A DNA stretch of 64,000 nucleotides from Paraspadella gotoi (Eukaryota > Animalia > Chaetognatha): the NCBI GenBank assembly GCA_051294375.1, contig CM119270.1, forward strand, positions 21,440,456-21,504,455. Direction: 5' to 3'. Of this stretch, positions 58,293 to 64,000 are shown one piece after another. A model generated the notes under the pieces. The model had not been told where the DNA came from, made no database searches, and saw only the letters and a list, made by a program, of their open reading frames with translations. Positions within the stretch are counted from its first letter, which is position 1; each line of letters starts with the position of its first letter. Both the position numbers and the translations under genes were made by a program.

Positions 58293-60689
58293 CGAAGAGC
58301 GAGAGCGAGAGCGAGAGGAAAAAAAAAACCTACGTCATTTTCTATTCTCCCCATTCTCTTCTTCCTTCTCTCCACGTCATTTTCCTTCAAAAGACTCTCG
58401 TCCAATGACGTCGCGAGTCGAAAATCCCCGTTCTCCGATTGGTCGAAAAATCCCGTCTTTGATCCGGACGAATCGCTCGACAGAGATTTCTGCCGTTCGA
58501 TCCGAGGTCACCGTCTCGAACACTCTCTGGCCCCTTAAGGACTCGGGGTTTGAGACTGCGTGCATCGTCGTCGTCGTTTTCGTCGTCGTCGTCGTATAAT
58601 GGATGAGAAGTCGCATTGTGTGATGGAGAGAAAGGGGAGAGTTTAGTGGGGGGGGGGCTGGGGGTTAGATAAGGGGGTGAGTTAACCAAAGGGTTTATGC
58701 ATATTGGCGTTGTGGGTAAAGGAGCGGGGCGGGTAGGGGGCCGGAGGGGGAGTCTCGTTGAGTTCGAGATTTATGCATTAAATGTGGGATTTATGCGATG
58801 GAGGGATGCGTTTCTAAGATGAGCTAATTTTAATTATAATTTTAATAGTAATTATTTGTATTTTTATTGAATTTGTCCTATACTTTTTTACTTAAAGCAT
58901 TTTTTACATGAGGTAGTTCATAAAGTAAATGAACAGCAAGTTAATATTTTGTAAGTTAAGTTAATTTAATATTTTTACTAATAAACATCTATGGGTTTTT
59001 CTTTTATCATAAATATTTGGTACCCATAGCGTGACGGAAAAAAATAGCTAAAGGCGTTGAAGTTAAAACATTGATTTTTCATTGCGCAAAAAAATTTCGT
59101 TCGTCGCGAGGATAAAGACGACGACGATGACGACGACGAAAAAGACGACGATGACGACGAAGAGTAAACAAGTGGTTGTCATGGAGAGACGACGGGCTCG
59201 GAGGAGGGGAGGGAGAGAGAGAGAGAGACAGAGACAGAGAGAGAGAGAGAGATGGATGGGGAAAGTCGTTTAAGTTCATTAGTTACTCAAACATTTTGTG
59301 GGTTTCTGCGTTGTGCGTTCGTGTCTTTTTACGAAGGGAAAGTTTCATTCAGAGTTTTTTAGGTCAGGACAAGGAAAAGTATAATCAAGATGTCATATAA
59401 GTATTTTTATTTGAGTTTTATCATTTTTTTAAGGTTCCCATTACTATTCCATTACTATTCCATTACTATTCCATTACTTTTCCATCCCATATTTTCTTTT
59501 TTTTTCTTTTTCCAAGACTCAGATAAATCTTCTTCCTTATCTTTCCATTTTATTCCAGTCATGCGTGAGATTCTCTTTCTCTTTTTCCAATCATCAATCT
59601 TCACCCATTTCGTCCCTTTTCTTCATCTCCTTCTGCCGCGCCATTCTCTCCATTGCATCTCATGTCATCGTCTTGGGTCTTGCATCTCAATGAAGGGATT
59701 AAACGATTCTTCTATGGGTTAGAGCGTCGAGGGTTTTCCTCCCATTCAATCCTTATAACTTTTACTACGCAATGACCCGACGTTTATGACCATCGCCGAT
59801 GAAAAAAAACAAGGGTCAGAAAAGGTTCCGCCCACGACGTTTTAAACAGGCTCGATAAAAAGGTCCTTACCGGGTTTAAATTGAGTTCCTTCACGCCGTG
59901 GGGTTCGAACCGCTCTTCCATATCGGGTTTTAACTGCGCCCAATCCGAGGGCTCGAGGGGCTCTCCCTCGCGGATGTTTTATGCACCCTCGGAGGTGTGA
60001 ACCGCCGGTTGAAGGATAACGAGGCGGTTGCCACCTCCGAGCCTCTTTGCCTCTCTCTCTTCCACACTCGGAAGAAGAAGCAAAAACAGAGAGAGACTCA
60101 ACTCCTCCTCTTCCGCCCTTTTCCTCGCTCTTCCGGGGATTTGCTCTTCCTTCTCTCTATAGATTAGCACACCCTCTCGCTCTTCTTCTCCATCCCTCTT
60201 CTTTCTCCTAATGCTTAGCACAGTGCTCATCCTCCTCATTTCTGTTCTCGATTTTTCCCATTCATCTTGACTTCGCCATCGATTGTTTCTGCTCTGCGGA
60301 GCTAGCGCGGTTGCTGCAGCGTCTCTCTCTCTCTCTCTACCTCAGTCTCTCCCTCCTCTCGTCTCTCTCTCTTCTCTTTCTCTCTGACGGTAATGGGATA
60401 TTCCCTTCTCCTGCATTCTTTTATTTTCTCATTCTCCGCAGTTACGTTCGCTATGTCATTCATTCTTGTATCATTCTCTTTTACATACTTGATAATTTCT
60501 TAACTACATATCTTTGCCTCTCTTTCGCAAGACCCACGAAAACCCTCCGTTTAGTTTTTCTTTAAATCATTATTCTTTTCTTTTTATCTTCTTTCCATCT
60601 TCTTTCTGCTGCTGATTTTACATCTAAAAATTGCGCTGCGTCTCATTATGGCCGCAGGAAATCTCTGGGGGCTTTCTCCGGGGAGGTGC

Positions 60690-60745
<56 letters not shown>

Positions 60746-61644
60746 TGGGCGGCTCGTTCTCCTGGGATGTGTCCAAAAGTCATTTCGCGCTCGAAAAGAG
60801 AGAATATGAGTTCGGATGAGAAAAGATGAGAAAAGAAAAAAGGAAATAAAGAATAAAAGTCAGAGAAATATGAATAGAAATAGGAAAAAAGGAATAAATA
60901 GGAATATAAAAATTAAAGAGAAATTAATTTATTAATTGAATCAGAATACTCACCAAAAGGAATAGAAAGATAAAATGTACTAAATAAAATATTCTGATAA
61001 AAGTGTAAAAAATAAGGAATGTATAGGAACTAAATATGTGTAATTGTCGTTATAACTTTTTCCTGCATTCTTTTTCTTTGTCGTTGTTCGGGACAGAATC
61101 TTTTAAATTTTTATCTGATCTTATTTAAATATCATTTTTCTGCTGGTTCGTAACATAATTTTAGACGTCTTGTGATTAAAGAGATAGTTTTTGTTTACAA
61201 AATTTTGATAGTGGATATGACATTTCGATTGTTTCATAATTTTAATTTAGTATATTTTCATGAAGATATGTCCAAAATGGCTTGCAATTTTACTGATAAA
61301 ACAAAATCATGTATGTTTGTATCAAGGACCTGATATCACCCAAACTTAAATTTAAGGTTTCTCTTAAACCGATCTACAGTTCAAATGATTTTAATACAAT
61401 ATATTTAAATCGTCAATTAGCTAAATATTATTTCCGAAAGTTTTTTTCGGACCAGAAAAGGAAAAGAAAGAAATCGGGATTTTCTTTTCTTCTTCTTTTT
61501 TTCTAAAATTCCGTCGACGAAATTGAGAGATCAACTCAGCAAATATCGAAGATGGAGAGCGAGTCATGGACGAGGGAAGGGATTATGGTGAGAGAGAGAG
61601 AGAGAGAGAAGAGAGGAGAGAGAGAGAGAGGAGAGAGAGAGAGA

Positions 61645-61680
<36 letters not shown>

Positions 61681-61974
61681 GAGAGAAGAAGGAATAGATT
61701 TGGATTAAGGAGACGAATTTGAATTCGAATTACGAAACAAAAAAAATGGGAACCAATTTGATTATTGGAAGAAAAAAGTTGAAAGACGAAGATGACGACA
61801 AAACGGTCGATGATTATGATAATGATTTTGAAGAACACGATGATGACGATGATGATAATAATGACATCGTAACTTGTATTCTTGATGTAAACGACACATT
61901 TAAAGATTATAATTATAAAGTTAATCATCATGTTAAGAACTCTGATTACTCAAAGTAGAGAACAATACGTCATA

Positions 61975-62105
61975 ACAATAAATAATGTATCATCTACAGT
62001 AAATGATATATCATCAAGAATAAATGATATATCATCTACAATAAATGATATATCATAAACAATAAATGATATATCATCTACAGTAAATGATATATCATCT
62101 ACAGT
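61975..62105. repeat. ~21-bp tandem repeat (aaatgatatatcatctacagt)
   Basis: About 6 copies, each containing the palindrome atgatatatcat. Confidence 0.85.
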
Positions 62106-62125
62106 TTCGTCTCTTCATTTTTTCT

Positions 62126-62192
62126 CCAAAAACCCGGATGTCGATCGAAGGAACAAAAAAACCCGGATGTCGATCGAAGGAACAAAAAAACC
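62126..62192. repeat. 30-bp tandem duplication (aaaaacccggatgtcgatcgaaggaacaaa)
   Basis: Two identical copies. Confidence 0.9.
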
Positions 62193-62833
62193 GATTCGAG
62201 GTCAAATCAAGTTTTCCGGTTTTGTTCTCGAGTTTCGTTTCTTTTTTTTTGTTTTTTGTTTCTTTTTTTTTTTTTTTCAGGTGTAGAGTTTAGCTTCGGA
62301 ATTTCTTATGAAAACTGGGTTAAGGGGCTGATAGACACTGTTGAAAAAAAATGTAGGTGAGCAAAAAATAGAGAAAAGAGAAAGATAAATTAAGTCGTTT
62401 TTTGTAAAAATGCGACTTTATTAAGCTTAATATTTAATATTTTTCTATTTTCGTTCCTACTTTTCACAGTCTTTGATTTCTCGTATTATATTTATAAAGA
62501 AAAGCGCTATTTTTTCCTTCCTTTCTACTATAAATGGACATGTATATCTCATATGGCATGTTAAGTTTATTTGCTTTGCCTTTTCCAATTGATCCGCGTA
62601 GTTAGAAATTATTTAGTCTGAGTCATGAGAATTCTAAATTTCAAACTGTCTCACATTCACCATCCAACCCCGAATTCCATCCCATCCCATTTCACAAATT
62701 GACACTTCCAATCACGCCTGACGCCTCCCATCTCATCAGTGAAGATTCACAACTTGACACTTCACCTTTCTTTTCTCCCACCTTCACGTCAACTTCCGTG
62801 ACGCGACTCATCAGCTGTTTATTCACGCGCGCG

Positions 62834-62865
<32 letters not shown>

Positions 62866-64000
62866 CTTGATTGAATGCGCGTGGTCCCCCGCGCTTTCCA
62901 GCGTCAAAACTTGTTTTCTCGCGCGGGTTGAACGCGTCGTCATGGAAACCAAATAATCGGTCCCCGATCGAGAATTTGTTTGAGCTTGTGAGCGTTTTTC
63001 TGGTTTTTATGGATTCGAAACTATTAGTGTTGTAAATATTCACATTATGAAATAGGAAAAAGCAATAAAGGAAGTGTTTAGTTATTCAATTAATTTCTGT
63101 TTCTATTTATCAAATCACAGAGAGCTTGAGGTTGACATAAAGAAAGTAGTACAAAACATTTTTCAAACCATTTTAGCTTAAGTTTATATCATTTGTTTGT
63201 TTTCTGAAAAAAAAAAAAATCCCGTATTTCGACTCGCTGCGTTCGCGATTTAAAGTCACTCTTCTCGTTCTCGTTTCCATGACGACCATTAGACGCGCCC
63301 GTAAATTTCCATTAAAGAAACGGTTACGATTATGTGTCCGCATTAAAAAAGGTCAGGAGGCTGATGCAGCCGCCCCCTCGCTTTTATGTTTGGCAAAAGA
63401 AGAGTTTGGGTTTTAAACGTCTTAAATATTCGGTTAATATGTTAATCTGCATTAAAAAGTAGATTTTTCTATGAAATCAGTACAACTGATATAAAAGACA
63501 CGCGTTTGAGGATCTGAGATCGTAAGGATGCGCGGATGCACGGACATAAGGGCGTAACGGATGACGGACATAAGGACGTATGATTATGGATGTCATCAAA
63601 TTCATCGTGAAAAAGGTTTTCAATATTCCTCAAGATTTTAAATGTTGTTTAATGTTTATGTCATCATATCTTATTTTTGTATCATTTCAAGATACTTTTG
63701 TCTGTAATCTTTTATAAAAAGTTTTTTTTTTTTTTACAGAATATCAATTATTGTTAAATTCACTTCGAAGTTTTTGTTAACTTAATTCGTAAATAGTTTA
63801 AGGATTTTGTTTCGGAATTTTAACGATGATTTATAAATTTAATAAATTCGCAAATAAAAATACATAATTTATAAAGGATGTCAAAAAAGTAGCTGACATG
63901 TTTGAAAACAATTTGGTAGATCTCTAACTTTTATTTTTTTTAAACACTAGTAGTTTTGTTTTTTGTTTATATCAAAAAAAATTATAGCCGAATAAAATAT

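Noticed and set aside
61719-61958. Acidic ORF MNSNYETKKMGTNL...DDDDD
   Set aside because: Driven by (GAT)n-like low complexity, with no splice signals or family motifs.

Overview
AT-rich, intron-dense invertebrate animal DNA, rich in (GA)n/(CT)n microsatellites, with many N-gaps and some error-rich, probably long-read-filled patches. Genes: the last three exons of an LPP/zyxin/TRIP6-family LIM gene (+, 41-1602); a complete 16-coding-exon SREBP gene (-, 2460-11830); a >=24-exon DEG/ENaC (ASIC-like) channel gene (+, 33069-~55026); and the probable non-coding start of another gene (+, from ~57300). Mobile DNA: an internally deleted BEL/Pao LTR retrotransposon (16557-22131), a Ty3/Gypsy pol fragment (25835-27275), tRNA-derived SINE-like copies, a MITE-like pair, and four short hammerhead-ribozyme (HHR) elements. 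Four observations stand out. (1) The BEL/Pao element has no tRNA PBS; the 11 nt after its 5' LTR are the exact reverse complement of an 11-mer inside the LTR, which is Tf1-like self-priming geometry. (2) The HHR elements form a ~140-190 bp Penelope/retrozyme-like family; three have fold-back arms, a shared tail and 12-bp TSDs, and one intact copy is sense within an SREBP intron. (3) The DEG/ENaC channel carries a ~480-aa helical insertion, encoded by 11 extra exons, at the knuckle position. (4) At least six exon/intron junctions are tandemly duplicated into the adjacent intron, and two of these give in-frame ladders of alternative donors. Everything was read and translated by eye; no searches were run.
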